Shown piece by piece: positions 20,023-30,068 of a stretch of 64,000 bases of DNA (position 1 is its first letter; each line of letters starts with the position of its first letter). The stretch spans positions 160,001 through 224,000 of the forward strand of contig CAVZJB010000007.1 of the NCBI GenBank assembly GCA_963775425.1. Reading direction: 5' to 3'. The notes under the pieces are model-generated. The model did not search any database. It was not told the origin of the DNA and saw only the letters and a list, made by a program, of their open reading frames with translations. The DNA comes from an uncultured delta proteobacterium (GTDB lineage: Bacteria > Myxococcota > UBA727 > VGSZ01). The translations under genes were made by a program, and so were the position numbers.

Positions 20023-20826
20023 ATGGCGAAGAAGAAGGCCGCAACGAAGAAGCCGGCGAAGGCCGCGAAGAAGAGCGCAGCGAAGAAGAGCGCTGCGAAG
20101 AAGAGCGCTGCGAAGAAGGGCGCTGCGAAGAAGGGCGCTGCGAAGAAGAGCGCCGCGGCGAAGAAGGGCGCTGCGAGGAAGGCGCGGGGGAAAAAGAGCG
20201 CTGCACAGAAGAGGGCGCCGGCGAAGAAGGCGAAGGCCACCGCGAAGAAGAAGAGCGCTGCGAAGAAGAGCGCCGCGGCGAAGAAAGGGCCCGCGGCGAA
20301 GAAGGCGCCCGCGGCGAAGGCGGCGACGGCGGCGAAGAAGGCGCCCGCGGCGAAGGTGGCGGCGGCGGCGGCGCCGGGGAAGAAGGTGGCCAAGGTCGCC
20401 GACGTCGCGAAGGTGGCGAAGATCGGGCCGAAGCCGACGACGACGATCGTGCAGCACGTGTTCATCCAGGCCACGCCCAACGACGTGTTCGACGCGTTGG
20501 TGCAGCCGTCCATCGCCGCCACGGTGATCGGCGGCGAGTGCACGGGGGACGCGCAGGTCGGTGGCTCGTTCACGCATTGGAACGACTACATCCAAGGCAA
20601 GCACCTCGAGCTCGTCCGGGGCGAGCGCATCGTGCAGGAGTGGACGACGACGGAGTGGCCCAAGGGCGCGCCGCCCTCGCGGCTCGAGCTGCAGCTCGTC
20701 GGGACGGGCGGCGGCACGGAGCTGACGATGACGCACTCGAGCGTGCCGTCGGAGCAGGCCGAGGACTATCGCCAGGGCTGGATCGACTACTACTGGACCC
20801 CGATGCGCGCTCACTTCGGCGGCTGA
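20023..20826 (+). CDS. Histone H1-like Lys/Ala-rich region fused to an SRPBCC (AHSA1-like) domain
   Basis: Long AKKSA/AKKAP repeat tract, then VFDAL...VGGSFT...ERIVQEW...QGWIDYYW. Confidence 0.85.
   Translation: MAKKKAATKKPAKAAKKSAAKKSAAKKSAAKKGAAKKGAAKKSAAAKKGAARKARGKKSAAQKRAPAKKAKATAKKKSAAKKSAAAKKGPAAKKAPAAKAATAAKKAPAAKVAAAAAPGKKVAKVADVAKVAKIGPKPTTTIVQHVFIQATPNDVFDALVQPSIAATVIGGECTGDAQVGGSFTHWNDYIQGKHLELVRGERIVQEWTTTEWPKGAPPSRLELQLVGTGGGTELTMTHSSVPSEQAEDYRQGWIDYYWTPMRAHFGG
20065..20160 (+). repeat. 15-bp coding tandem repeat (AKKSA/AKKGA)
   Basis: gcgaagaag(a/g)gcgct-like units, about six in tandem. Confidence 0.75.
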
Positions 20827-20847
20827 AGCTCGCGGCGGCGCGGTCCG

Positions 20848-22347
20848 TCAGCGGGGACGCAGGGCGTCGACGAGCGGGTGCGCTTTCATGCGTTCGACCG
20901 CGGCTTCCCCCTCGCGCGCGGCGAGGCTCTCGACATGGTGATAGAGGGCCGCGCCCTCCTTTTCGTGCAGCGGCAGAGCGCCTGCCTCGAGCAAAAGGTC
21001 GGCGGCGGCGCGCCCGTCGGGGATGCGGTCGCTCGGGTCCATCGCGCACAGCCGGGCGAGCACGCGCTCGATGGCGCGGCGTCGCGGACCGACGGGCAAC
21101 GACGGCAGGCCCGGCGGCTTGCCGTAGGGAGGCAGGCGCCCGTCGATGCACTCGGCGATGACGAGGCCGGCCATGTAGAGGTCCGCCGGAGCGCCGGCGT
21201 GACCCGTGGCGCGATGCTCGGGCGCCATGTACGCGCGCGTGCCGGCGAGCGCGCCCATCTCCCGCATGCCCGCCGTGCCGAAGTCGCACAGCATGAGCTG
21301 GCCCTCGTGAAAGAGCAGGTTCGAAGGCTTGATGTCGAGGTGGACGTGACCCGCCTCGTGGATGTCTGCGAGCGTACGCAACAACACGGCCCCGAGCTCC
21401 ACGGCGTCGCTGTGGCGCAGCTTCTTCTCGGTGGCGATGCGCTTTTGCAGCGAGCCGCCGTCGCACAGCGCCATGACGAGCAGGTCGCGGCCCTCGTCGA
21501 GGTCGAGGATGGGCACGATGTGCGGGTGGTCGAACGAGCCCGCGATGCGCGCCTCCTGCACGATGCGCGCGCGCCGCTCGGCCGCCGCGCCGCGCGCGTG
21601 GAAGATCTTGAGCGCCACCTCGCGCCCGATCACCCGATCGCGCGCGCGAAACACGGTGGCAGCGCCGCCGCGACCAATCTCGTCGACGACGGCGTAGCGC
21701 GAGCCCGCCGCGCGCGCGCCGAGGAAGCGCGCGAGCACGCGGCGCGCGTCGTCGCCCTTGTGCAGCTCATTGCCCGCGCGCATCCGCCGGGCGCGCGCCT
21801 TGGGCTGCGCGAGGGTGATGTCGACGGCGAGCACCTGCTCGTAGCGCAACAGCGCCGTGTCGATGTCGCCCTCGGCCTCGGCGATCTCCGCCAGCGCCGT
21901 CAGCGCGAACGCCGCGTGCTCGCCGCAATCGACGGCGCTGAAGTCGACCAGCTTCTCGAGCAAGGTCCTGGCGCGCGCGCGATCGCCGCGGTGGAGCAGG
22001 CGCTCGGCGAGCACGCGCCGCAGCGCCTTCGACGGCGTCACCAACAGCGCGTCGGCGAGCAACGCGTCCGCCGCCTTGCCGCGGCCGCCGGCGTCGAGCG
22101 CGGCGAGCTCCACCGACAGCTCCGCGCTCTCCGCGTAGGCGCGGCCCGCGGCGTCGGCGGTGAGGCGCGCCCGCGCGCGGCGCAGGTTGTCGTCGAGGGG
22201 ATCGGTGAGCCGCGGCGGCGCCCCGTCCCCGGCCGAGCCGTCTCCGGCCGAGCCGCCACCGTCGCCGTCGGGGCGTGGCGGCAGCGGGGGGGCGGGCTTG
22301 TCGTCCTCCTTGAGGAACCCCTTCAGCCAGCGATCGAGCATGCCCAC
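20848..22347 (-). CDS. Ser/Thr protein kinase with an N-terminal TPR-like helical region
   Basis: IGRGGAATV, VALK, HLDIKPSN, DFG, GTRAYMAPE. Start may be GTG 22347, ATG 22341 or ATG 22356. Confidence 0.9.
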   Translation of the reverse strand: MGMLDRWLKGFLKEDDKPAPPLPPRPDGDGGGSAGDGSAGDGAPPRLTDPLDDNLRRARARLTADAAGRAYAESAELSVELAALDAGGRGKAADALLADALLVTPSKALRRVLAERLLHRGDRARARTLLEKLVDFSAVDCGEHAAFALTALAEIAEAEGDIDTALLRYEQVLAVDITLAQPKARARRMRAGNELHKGDDARRVLARFLGARAAGSRYAVVDEIGRGGAATVFRARDRVIGREVALKIFHARGAAAERRARIVQEARIAGSFDHPHIVPILDLDEGRDLLVMALCDGGSLQKRIATEKKLRHSDAVELGAVLLRTLADIHEAGHVHLDIKPSNLLFHEGQLMLCDFGTAGMREMGALAGTRAYMAPEHRATGHAGAPADLYMAGLVIAECIDGRLPPYGKPPGLPSLPVGPRRRAIERVLARLCAMDPSDRIPDGRAAADLLLEAGALPLHEKEGAALYHHVESLAAREGEAAVERMKAHPLVDALRPR

Positions 22348-22354
22348 GCCCGCC

Positions 22355-22360
22355 ATTGTA
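22355..22360 (-). promoter_or_regulatory. -10 element of a probable leaderless transcript
   Basis: TACAAT, 7 nt before in-frame GTG 22347. Confidence 0.55.
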
Positions 22361-22576
22361 CAACGTCGCCGTGCGCCCGGCCGGCCCCTCCCCGCTCCGC
22401 GCCGCCGCCGCCGCCGCCGTCGTCGTCGCCGGGGTCGCCGGGGTCGCGTGCGCGAGGCGGCCGGCGCCGGCGCGCGTCGAGGCGGCGCCGCGGCACCGGG
22501 GAACGCGCGCGGCGTGCTCGAGGTGCACTGCGGGCTGTGTCATCTGCGGCCCGGGATCGGCGGGCCGTGACGCGCG

Positions 22577-24241
22577 TCAGCGACGGCGCAACCGGCGAAC
22601 GACCCCGCCGAAGAGCGCGCGCGCGTGCGGCACCCCCGCGGCGCCGGTGACGGCGAAGTAGACGACGCCGTAGGCGCCGAGCACCAGCGCCGCCACGAGC
22701 TGCGGCTGGCCGCCCGCGACGAGGAGCTTCACGCCGAAGCCGGCGGCGGCGGCGGCGAGCGCGGCGGCCCACAGCAGCGCGAGCGCCTTGAGCGGGACGC
22801 CGGTCGTGCCAATTCGACGATTGAGCGCACGTCGAAGCAAGACGAACTCCACCCAGCCCGCGGCGCCCGCCGACGCCGTCAGGCCGGGCAGGCCCCAGGC
22901 GTGGTCGACGCCGAGCAGGTCCGGCAGCACCAGCGCGGCGAACGCGCCGAGCCCGGTGGTGAGCGCCACGCGGATGACGGCGAACCACAACGGCGTTCGC
23001 GTGTCTTTGAGCGCGTAGAACGCCGACGCGTACAGCCGGCCGAGCGTGGACGCGAGGAGCCCCACTGCGGAGCCGGCGAGCGTGGCCCACACGTGCAGCG
23101 CGTCGTCGTGGCTGAAGCGGCCGGTCTGAAAGAGCGCCTGGGCGACGACGTCGCCCAGCGCGAGGAACGCCACCGCCGACGGCACCACGAAGAACGCGAT
23201 GCGCCCGAGGCCGGCGTCGAGCCGCGCGCGCAGGGCCTCCCGGGCGACCGCGGGGAGCGGCGCCGTGGGATCGGCCTCGGCGTCGCCGGACATGGCCGGC
23301 AACGCGGCCGCCGACACCGCGATACCGAACAGGCTCACCGGCAGCGTGTACAGCGTCTGCGCGTACATCAACGTGGCCACGGAGCCGGTCGGCAACCACG
23401 AAGCGAGCACGGTGTCGACGTAGGCGCTGATCTGCACCACGCCGCGGCTCACGAACGCGGGGCCGAAGTTGCGCACCGCGGTGCGCACGTTTTCATCGGC
23501 GACGTCGATGACCGGACGCAGGTGCCGGGCGAGCGTCAACACCGTCGGCATCTGCACCAGCAGTTGCAGCGCGCTGCCGACGACGCTGGCCCACGCGAGG
23601 AGGACGGCGAGGTCGGCGGGCGCGTTGTTCGGACCGAAGCCGATGAGGGCGGCGATCATCGCGGCGTTCCACGCCACCGGCGCCGCGTACGACAGCAAGA
23701 ACCGCCGGTGGCTGTTGAGGACGCCCAGGCACCACGCCGACAAGACGAGCAGACCGGCGCCGGGGAAGAGCACGCGCACCAGGCGGATGGTGAGCGCCTC
23801 GGTGTCGCCGGAGAAGCCGGGCGCGAGCACGGCGACGAGCCACGGCGCGGCGAGCACGCCGACGAGGACGAGGGCGGTGGTGGCGAGCGCGAGGATGGCA
23901 CCGACGGCGCCGGCGACGCGGTCGGCCTCCTTGTTGTCGCCCTTCTTGAGCAGCCCCGCGTACACCGGGATGAACGACGCCGACAGCGCGCCCTCGCCGA
24001 AGAGGTTCTGCAGGAAGTTGGGGATGCGAAACGCGGCGTTGAACGCGTCGGCGGCGGCGGCGGTGCCGAAGAAGTGCGCGAACGCCGTCTGCCGCACGAG
24101 CCCGGCCACGCGCGACAACAAGATGCCCGCCGCGACGAGGACGGCGTGGCGCCCGGAGCCGTCGCCGCTCGCCGCGGCGCCCGCGTCGGGGGCGCGCGCG
24201 GCGGCGGCGGTGTCTTCGCGCATAGACGGCGGAGCGCTCAC
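22577..24241 (-). CDS. murJ: Lipid II flippase MurJ (MviN)
   Basis: SRVAGLVRQ, AFRIPNFLQNLFGEGALSASFIPV, FYALKDTRTP; many TMs. Start approximate. Confidence 0.95.
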   Translation of the reverse strand: MSAPPSMREDTAAAARAPDAGAAASGDGSGRHAVLVAAGILLSRVAGLVRQTAFAHFFGTAAAADAFNAAFRIPNFLQNLFGEGALSASFIPVYAGLLKKGDNKEADRVAGAVGAILALATTALVLVGVLAAPWLVAVLAPGFSGDTEALTIRLVRVLFPGAGLLVLSAWCLGVLNSHRRFLLSYAAPVAWNAAMIAALIGFGPNNAPADLAVLLAWASVVGSALQLLVQMPTVLTLARHLRPVIDVADENVRTAVRNFGPAFVSRGVVQISAYVDTVLASWLPTGSVATLMYAQTLYTLPVSLFGIAVSAAALPAMSGDAEADPTAPLPAVAREALRARLDAGLGRIAFFVVPSAVAFLALGDVVAQALFQTGRFSHDDALHVWATLAGSAVGLLASTLGRLYASAFYALKDTRTPLWFAVIRVALTTGLGAFAALVLPDLLGVDHAWGLPGLTASAGAAGWVEFVLLRRALNRRIGTTGVPLKALALLWAAALAAAAAGFGVKLLVAGGQPQLVAALVLGAYGVVYFAVTGAAGVPHARALFGGVVRRLRRR

Positions 24242-24335
24242 ATCCGTTGCGTACCACGCCGGCCCCGGCGTGGCGCGTGCGGCGTGGGGCGCGCCCGACG
24301 ACGGGGCCGCGCCGGGCGGCCCCGCCGGCGGCCGC

Positions 24336-25630
24336 TCACGGCGACGACGTCAGGTAGCGCAGCTCGAACGCCGAGTCGATCGACGCGCCGGCCATGTTGG
24401 TGCAGCCGACCGAGATCGCGGTGCGGTCCGAGTAACGGCCCCAACCCTTCACGCGACAGCGCGCCGCCGTGGTCCCCGTCGCCGTCACCTGCACGTGATC
24501 GTTCGTCACGCTCGAGCTGCGAGGGACGTTCACCACGTAGTTGCCGGCGGACGACGTCGTCGCGTAGACCGCCGACGACGACAGCGCGTTGTACTGCCAG
24601 TTGAGCGGGACCGTCGCCTGCCCGTCGTGGATCGTGACGCGCGCGTACGCGCCCTTCCTCCTCGCCGCGCCCGCCGGCGACGGCACCGCCTGCTGCGTGA
24701 GGCTCAGCGTGAACATCGAGTCGGCCGGCGCGCCGGCCGGGGTGAAGCACGCGACCTCGAGGAGCGCCGCCCCGCCCATGGACCGCCAGCGGCGGAGCTG
24801 GCAGCGCTGGTTCGACCCGCCGTAGGCGCTCACCTGCGCGCTCGCGCCGGTGCTCGACTGCCCCGGCAGCGTCACCTGATAAACGCCCGTCGCCAGCCGG
24901 CGGATGGTGCTCGGATCGCCGCCGTCGTTGAAGGCGTAGCTCGCGCTCGGCGTGTAGGCAGCCGTCGTCGGGCTGTGCGCCCACAAGTACGCGAGCTCCG
25001 GCGTGTGGTCCTGCGGCGCGGGCGCGACGAGCGCTTCGCGGTGGAACTGGACGTCGTAGCGCGCGTCGGCCGCGGCGCCCGCGCCGTCGTAGCAGCGCAC
25101 CGACGTCATCAGCGCACCGCCGCTCGACCACCAGCCGCCCACCTTGCACGCGCGATCGTCGCCGTACGCGCTCACCTGCACGTCGCCGCCGGAGCCGCCG
25201 AGGCCGGCGAACGACACCGTGTAGCTGCCCACCCCGCCGCGCGTGATGGTGATCGGCTGCCCGCTCGACGACCAACTGTAGGCGGACGAGGCCGTATAGC
25301 TCGACGTCGTCGGCGCGTACGCCCACGCGAACCCGCTCGCGCCGGTCCGCTGGGGCTCGGGCCACGGGCCGGTGGCGCGGGAATTCTCGTGGCCGTCGCC
25401 GTCGGTGACGGTGACGACGAGCGGGAAGCGGCTCGGCTCCCCGGGGATCTCGTAGATGTTGTCCGCGTAGAGGATGGCGTCCGTGCCGAGGAGCCTCCCC
25501 TGGGCGTCGGTCCTGACGGTGAAGTCCCCGAGCTGCACCGAGAGCCCGTCGAGCAACTGCCGCCGCCGGTGAAGATCGACGATCCGACCAGGGCGAGCAC
25601 ATACGGCAACGGCGCCTTCTTGTTCTGCAT
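24336..25630 (-). pseudogene. Secreted protein with three ~95-aa Cys-containing repeats; signal peptide out of frame (frameshift or assembly error near 25560)
   Basis: GAGGAGG precedes ATG 25630 (MQNKKAPLPYVLALVGSSIFTGG), but the repeat body (GxYxVxxxG...VQVSAYG...CxVxxW...VxC...D) is in another frame. Confidence 0.6.
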
Positions 25631-25717
25631 GGGAGACCTCCTCATGCACCAAGCGGTACCGCGCGCGCCGGCCGCGGCGTCAGGGCAAGAGTTTTTGCAT
25701 GCGGCGGCGGCGCTCTC

Positions 25718-26878
25718 TCAGGCGGCGTCGAGGGCGCGCGTGAGGTCGTCGACGAGGTCCCGGGCGTCTTCGATGCCGATCGACAAGCGCAGCAGATCCG
25801 GCGGCGTCGGCGAGCCCGGCGGCTCCACGCTCGCGCGGTGCTCGACGAGGCTCTCCACGCCCCCGAGCGACGTCGCCCGCGCGAACACCTCGAGCCGCGA
25901 CGCCACCGCCAGCGCCCGCGCCGCCCCGCCCTTCACGCGCACGCTCACGAGCGCGCCGAAGCCGCCGCGCATCTGCGCGCGCGCGACGTCGTGATTCCTG
26001 TGACTCGAGAGGCCCGGGTAGAGCACCTCCTCGACGTCGTCCCGGCTGGCGAGGAGCTCGGCGATGCCCGCGGCGGTGCCGCTCGCGCGCGCCACCCGCA
26101 AAAACAGCGTGCGCAGCCCGCGCTGCAGGAGCCAACACTCGAACGGTCCGGGGAGCGCGCCCTGGTCGTGGCGGTGGGCGCAGACGGCGGCCCAGCTCTC
26201 GTCGAGCGCGCGGGTGACGACGGCGCCCGCGAGGACGTCGCTGTGGCCGTTCAAGGACTTGGTCGCCGAATGCATCACGAGATCGGCGCCGAGGGCGAGC
26301 GGCTGCGTGTGCACCGGCGTGGCCGCGGTGTTGTCGACGCACAGGAGCGCGCCCACGGAGTGGGCGGCGACGGCGGCGGCGGCGATGTCGACGACGTCGA
26401 GCGTGGGGTTGCCCGGCGTCTCCACCCACACCACCCGCGGCCTGGCGTCGGCGACGGCGGCGGCGAGCGCGGCGGCGTCGCGGCCGTCGGCGAACACGAC
26501 GCGCACGCCGAAGCGCGCGCCGAACTGCGTGAGCCAGTGGCGCACCCCGAAGTACATCACCGAGGTGGCGACGACGGCGTCGCCGGGGCGACACAAGGAG
26601 AGGAACACCGCGGCCGCCGCCGACAGCCCCGACGAGAACAGCCGCGCCTCGCGCCCGCCCTCGAGCGCCGCGATGACGCGCTCCGCCTGCGCGGCGTTTT
26701 CGTGGTCGTCGCGCAAGTAGAGCCGGCGGTCCGCGAGCGCGTAGTCCGTGTCGCGCACGAACGTCGTCGACGGCGCGATGCCGGGGACGAGCGGGCCCGG
26801 GCGCGGGGCTTCCCCGCCCTGTGCGCAGAGCGTCTCGAGCGTGACGTCGCGGCCTGCGGTGTTGTCCGTCGCCGTCAC
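25718..26878 (-). CDS. PLP-dependent transsulfuration enzyme (cystathionine gamma-synthase/lyase family)
   Basis: WVETPGNP, VDNT, HSATKSLNGHSD (PLP Lys), ATSLGGVESL, LRLSIGIED; GTGA overlap with the upstream gene. Confidence 0.92.
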   Translation of the reverse strand: MTATDNTAGRDVTLETLCAQGGEAPRPGPLVPGIAPSTTFVRDTDYALADRRLYLRDDHENAAQAERVIAALEGGREARLFSSGLSAAAAVFLSLCRPGDAVVATSVMYFGVRHWLTQFGARFGVRVVFADGRDAAALAAAVADARPRVVWVETPGNPTLDVVDIAAAAVAAHSVGALLCVDNTAATPVHTQPLALGADLVMHSATKSLNGHSDVLAGAVVTRALDESWAAVCAHRHDQGALPGPFECWLLQRGLRTLFLRVARASGTAAGIAELLASRDDVEEVLYPGLSSHRNHDVARAQMRGGFGALVSVRVKGGAARALAVASRLEVFARATSLGGVESLVEHRASVEPPGSPTPPDLLRLSIGIEDARDLVDDLTRALDAA

Positions 26879-28200
26879 TTCGCGGCCCCCATGCGCTCCT
26901 TGCGCAGGCGCTCCTCGGCGTCGAGCCTGTCGTCGGCGCGGCGCACGCGCCCGGCGACCACGCCGCCGCAGCCCGGGCACGTGGACGCCCCTGGCGGGAT
27001 GCGCGCGGCGCAACCCGTGTCCGCGCAGACGTCGAACGCCGCGCGCCGGCCCGCGAGGAAGCCGGCGCAGGCGCACGCCACGGGAACGGCGGCGAGCACC
27101 GGTGCGGTGCCGGCGATGCGCGCGGCGACGAGGGCGGCGGCGACGCCCGCGAAGAAGGCGAGCGCACCGTAGTAGACGGCGCGTGTCCGGCGCAGGCGAA
27201 ACACCGGCTGACCGGTGTTGTCGCGGCCGCCGAGCCGGCGCAGCGCGGCGTCGAGCGGCTCGTCGGGATCATGGACGCCGAGGGCGCCGCCCTCGGGCGC
27301 TCCGTCGTCGTCGTCGGCGTAGATGCCGTCGTCGGGGAGCGGGGCGAGCAGCGCCCCGAAATTCACCGCGGCGCGCGCCGTCGACGAGGGCGGCAACCCG
27401 AGGCGCGCGGCGACGTCACCTTCGGCCGCGGCCGCACGTGTTGCGGCGAGGCGCTTGTGCGCTTGGGCGAAGAACGCCGCCTGGTTGGTCTCGAGCGCCG
27501 AACGGATCGGCTTGTCGTCGAGGCCGCGCGCCGCACACAGCGCCGCGAGCGCGAACGACGCCGCCCGCGGGCCGAGCGCGCCCGCCTCGACGCGGCTGTG
27601 CTCCGAGTGCCACACGGAGCCGCGGATGTCGCCGCGCGAGCGGATGCGCAGCGCGTCGTTGGTGGTGAAGACGCCGAAGCCGAGTGCGACGGCGGTGAGG
27701 TCGACGAGCTTCTCCTCGAGCGCGCGCTCGGTCGCGCGCAGGCCCTCGAGGGCGCGCACGGCCTTGGCCACTTCGCGCGCCGTAGCCCCGACGACGAGGT
27801 CGGGATCGTCGAGGTAGCCCGGGTCCACCGCGAACACCAACGCCGTCCCCTCCGCGGCGCTCACGCCGGCGAACGACACCGGCGCCCCCACCGTGCGCCA
27901 CGCGTTGGGCTGCAGCGCCACGCCCCACGCCGCGGTGCGCTGCTCCACGAGCTCCTCGGTGGTGCCGATCACGGCGACGTCGGGCGCGACGCCGGCGAAG
28001 CGCATCAGCCGCCGGGCGATGCGCGCCACGCCCAGCGACGTCGGCGACCACGCGTCCGGGAAGTGCCGCTCGTCCGGGAGCACGACGGGCCGCGTGAGCA
28101 CGCGCTCGACGCCGAGGGCGCGCACGACGTCCGCAAGCGCGTCGAGGAGCGCCCGCTCTTCGTCGTCGCCGAGCCGCGTGGCGAGCGTTCCCCCCGTCAT
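26875..28200 (-). CDS. Hypothetical membrane protein: degenerate zincin-like domain, two TMs, C-terminal zinc ribbon
   Basis: FPDAW...GATAREVAKAVR...EEKLVDLTAVALGFGVF; CADTGC...CPGCG. Confidence 0.65.
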   Translation of the reverse strand: MTGGTLATRLGDDEERALLDALADVVRALGVERVLTRPVVLPDERHFPDAWSPTSLGVARIARRLMRFAGVAPDVAVIGTTEELVEQRTAAWGVALQPNAWRTVGAPVSFAGVSAAEGTALVFAVDPGYLDDPDLVVGATAREVAKAVRALEGLRATERALEEKLVDLTAVALGFGVFTTNDALRIRSRGDIRGSVWHSEHSRVEAGALGPRAASFALAALCAARGLDDKPIRSALETNQAAFFAQAHKRLAATRAAAAEGDVAARLGLPPSSTARAAVNFGALLAPLPDDGIYADDDDGAPEGGALGVHDPDEPLDAALRRLGGRDNTGQPVFRLRRTRAVYYGALAFFAGVAAALVAARIAGTAPVLAAVPVACACAGFLAGRRAAFDVCADTGCAARIPPGASTCPGCGGVVAGRVRRADDRLDAEERLRKERMGAAK

Positions 28201-28325
28201 GCGACGACGGATCGGGCCCGCGGGCGTCGGCGTCAACCCGGGCCGGCGGGCGACGCACCACAGCGATGCACGGTCGCTCGGGGGCAACCCGCACCTGATC
28301 CGCGCGCGTCGTTAGCTCTTCGAGC

Positions 28326-29861
28326 ATGACCACCGCCCCCTGGCCGCTCCCGGTGCGACCGGACTTCCCGAAGCTCCTCGACGACACCCACGCCGACGTC
28401 GTCGTCATCGGCGGTGGCATCGCCGGCGTCACCACCGCCTTCTGCCTCGCGCAGGAAAGCGCCCTGCGAGGGCGCGTGATCCTGCTCGAAGGCGGGCTCG
28501 TCGGCTCCGGCGAGACCTCGCGGACCACCGCGCACCTGAGCGCCGTCGTCGACGACGGCTTCGTCGCCGTCGAGGGCATGCACGGCGAGCGCGGCGCGCA
28601 GCTCGCCTGGCAGAGCCACGCTGCCGCCATCGACTTCATCGAGGAGCTGGTGCTCACCCACGGCGTGGACTGCGGCTTCGAGCGCGTCCCCGGCTACCTC
28701 TTCCTCTCTCCCGGCCGGCGCGCGCGCGTGCTCGACGCGGAGCTCGCCGCCTGCCGCCGCGCCGGCATCCCCGGCATCGAGCGCATCGCCCAGGCGCCGC
28801 TCAGGGGCGTGGACACCGGGCCGTGCCTGCACTTCCCGCGGCAGGCGCAGCTCGAGCCGCTGCGCTACCTGCACGCGCTCGCCGACCTCTTCCTGCAAAG
28901 CGGCGGGCGCATCTACGAGCGCTCCCACGTCGAGTCCGTCGAGACGGGGGAGCGCGTGCGCGTGCGGGTGGAGCGCGGCGGCACCGTCTCCGCCGGCGCC
29001 GTCGTCGTCGCCACCAACGCGCCCATCGTCGGCAACCTGCGGATGCCGATGCGCGAGTACGCCTACCGCAGCTACGCGGTGGCCCTCGAGCTGCCGCGCG
29101 GGATGGTGCCGGCGGCGCTCCTGTGGGACACCGCCGAGCCCTATCACTACGTGCGGGTGCACGACGTGCCCGGCGCCGAGCCCCTGCTCCTCGTCGGCGG
29201 CGAGGACCACAAGGTCGGGCAGGCCGGCGACGGCGAGGCGCGACACAACCGCCTCGAGGCCTGGGCGCGCGCGCTGTTCCCCTACGCCGGCGGCGTGCGG
29301 CACCGCTGGTCCGGTCAGGTGCTCCAGCCCGCCGACGGCCTCGCGTACATCGGGGCCTACGGCGCCGCCGACCGCCACGTCTTCATCGCCACCGGCGACG
29401 CAGGCCAGGGCATGACGTACGGCACCATCGCCGGCCTCCTGTTGCGCGACCTCATCCTCGGGCGCGACAACGCCTGGTCGCGGCTGTACGACCCCGAGCG
29501 CACCACGCTCGGCGCGCTCGGCGAGGTCACCGCGGAGAACCTCAACGTCGTGTCGCAGTACCGCCGCTGGCTCACCCGCGGCGACGCCGGCAGCCCCGAC
29601 GAGCTCCGCCCCGGCGACGGGCGCGTCCTGCGCGACGGACTGCAGAAGCTCGCCTGCGCCCGCGACGACGACGGCCACCTGCACTGCGTGTCCGCGACGT
29701 GCACGCACCTCGGCGGCATCCTCGCGTGGAACCCGACGGAGAAGACCTGGGACTGCCCCTGCCACGGCTCGCGCTTCGACGTCGACGGCGCCGTGTTGAA
29801 CGGCCCGGCGACGACGCCGCTCGAGCACCGGCTGCTGCCGCGCCACCGGCGCGTCGGCTGA
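28326..29861 (+). CDS. FAD-dependent oxidoreductase with a C-terminal Rieske [2Fe-2S] domain (YhfW-like)
   Basis: VVIGGGIAG; GETSRTTAH; CTHLGG...WDCPCHGSRF. Confidence 0.93.
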   Translation: MTTAPWPLPVRPDFPKLLDDTHADVVVIGGGIAGVTTAFCLAQESALRGRVILLEGGLVGSGETSRTTAHLSAVVDDGFVAVEGMHGERGAQLAWQSHAAAIDFIEELVLTHGVDCGFERVPGYLFLSPGRRARVLDAELAACRRAGIPGIERIAQAPLRGVDTGPCLHFPRQAQLEPLRYLHALADLFLQSGGRIYERSHVESVETGERVRVRVERGGTVSAGAVVVATNAPIVGNLRMPMREYAYRSYAVALELPRGMVPAALLWDTAEPYHYVRVHDVPGAEPLLLVGGEDHKVGQAGDGEARHNRLEAWARALFPYAGGVRHRWSGQVLQPADGLAYIGAYGAADRHVFIATGDAGQGMTYGTIAGLLLRDLILGRDNAWSRLYDPERTTLGALGEVTAENLNVVSQYRRWLTRGDAGSPDELRPGDGRVLRDGLQKLACARDDDGHLHCVSATCTHLGGILAWNPTEKTWDCPCHGSRFDVDGAVLNGPATTPLEHRLLPRHRRVG

Positions 29862-29968
29862 GAGGGTGTTTACAAATTGGCACCGCGGTCGATGGACGCA
29901 CGGCGGAAGGGCGACGGCCGGCGCCGTCGTCGCCGCACACGTCGACACGGCACGCACGGCATCGAGAC

Positions 29969-30061
29969 GTAGGGCGCCTCCTTGTGGGGCGCGTCGGAGG
30001 GCGCCGGCGACGTCCACGGCGCCGGGGTGTTTCCGACGCGGGGGACAAGCCCCCGCCCTAC
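29969..30061. repeat. Inverted pair of GTAG-type REPs (REPIN/BIME-like) between convergent genes
   Basis: 29969-29992 (+): GTAGG-GCGCCTC-CTTGT-GGGGCGC. 30038-30061 (-): GTAGG-GCGGGGG-CTTGT-CCCCCGC. Confidence 0.8.
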
Positions 30062-30068
30062 GAGCGGG

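Noticed and set aside
29877-29895. TTGGCAC as a sigma-54 -24 element
   Set aside because: No TTGC at -12 and no credible downstream gene; the region lies between convergent genes.
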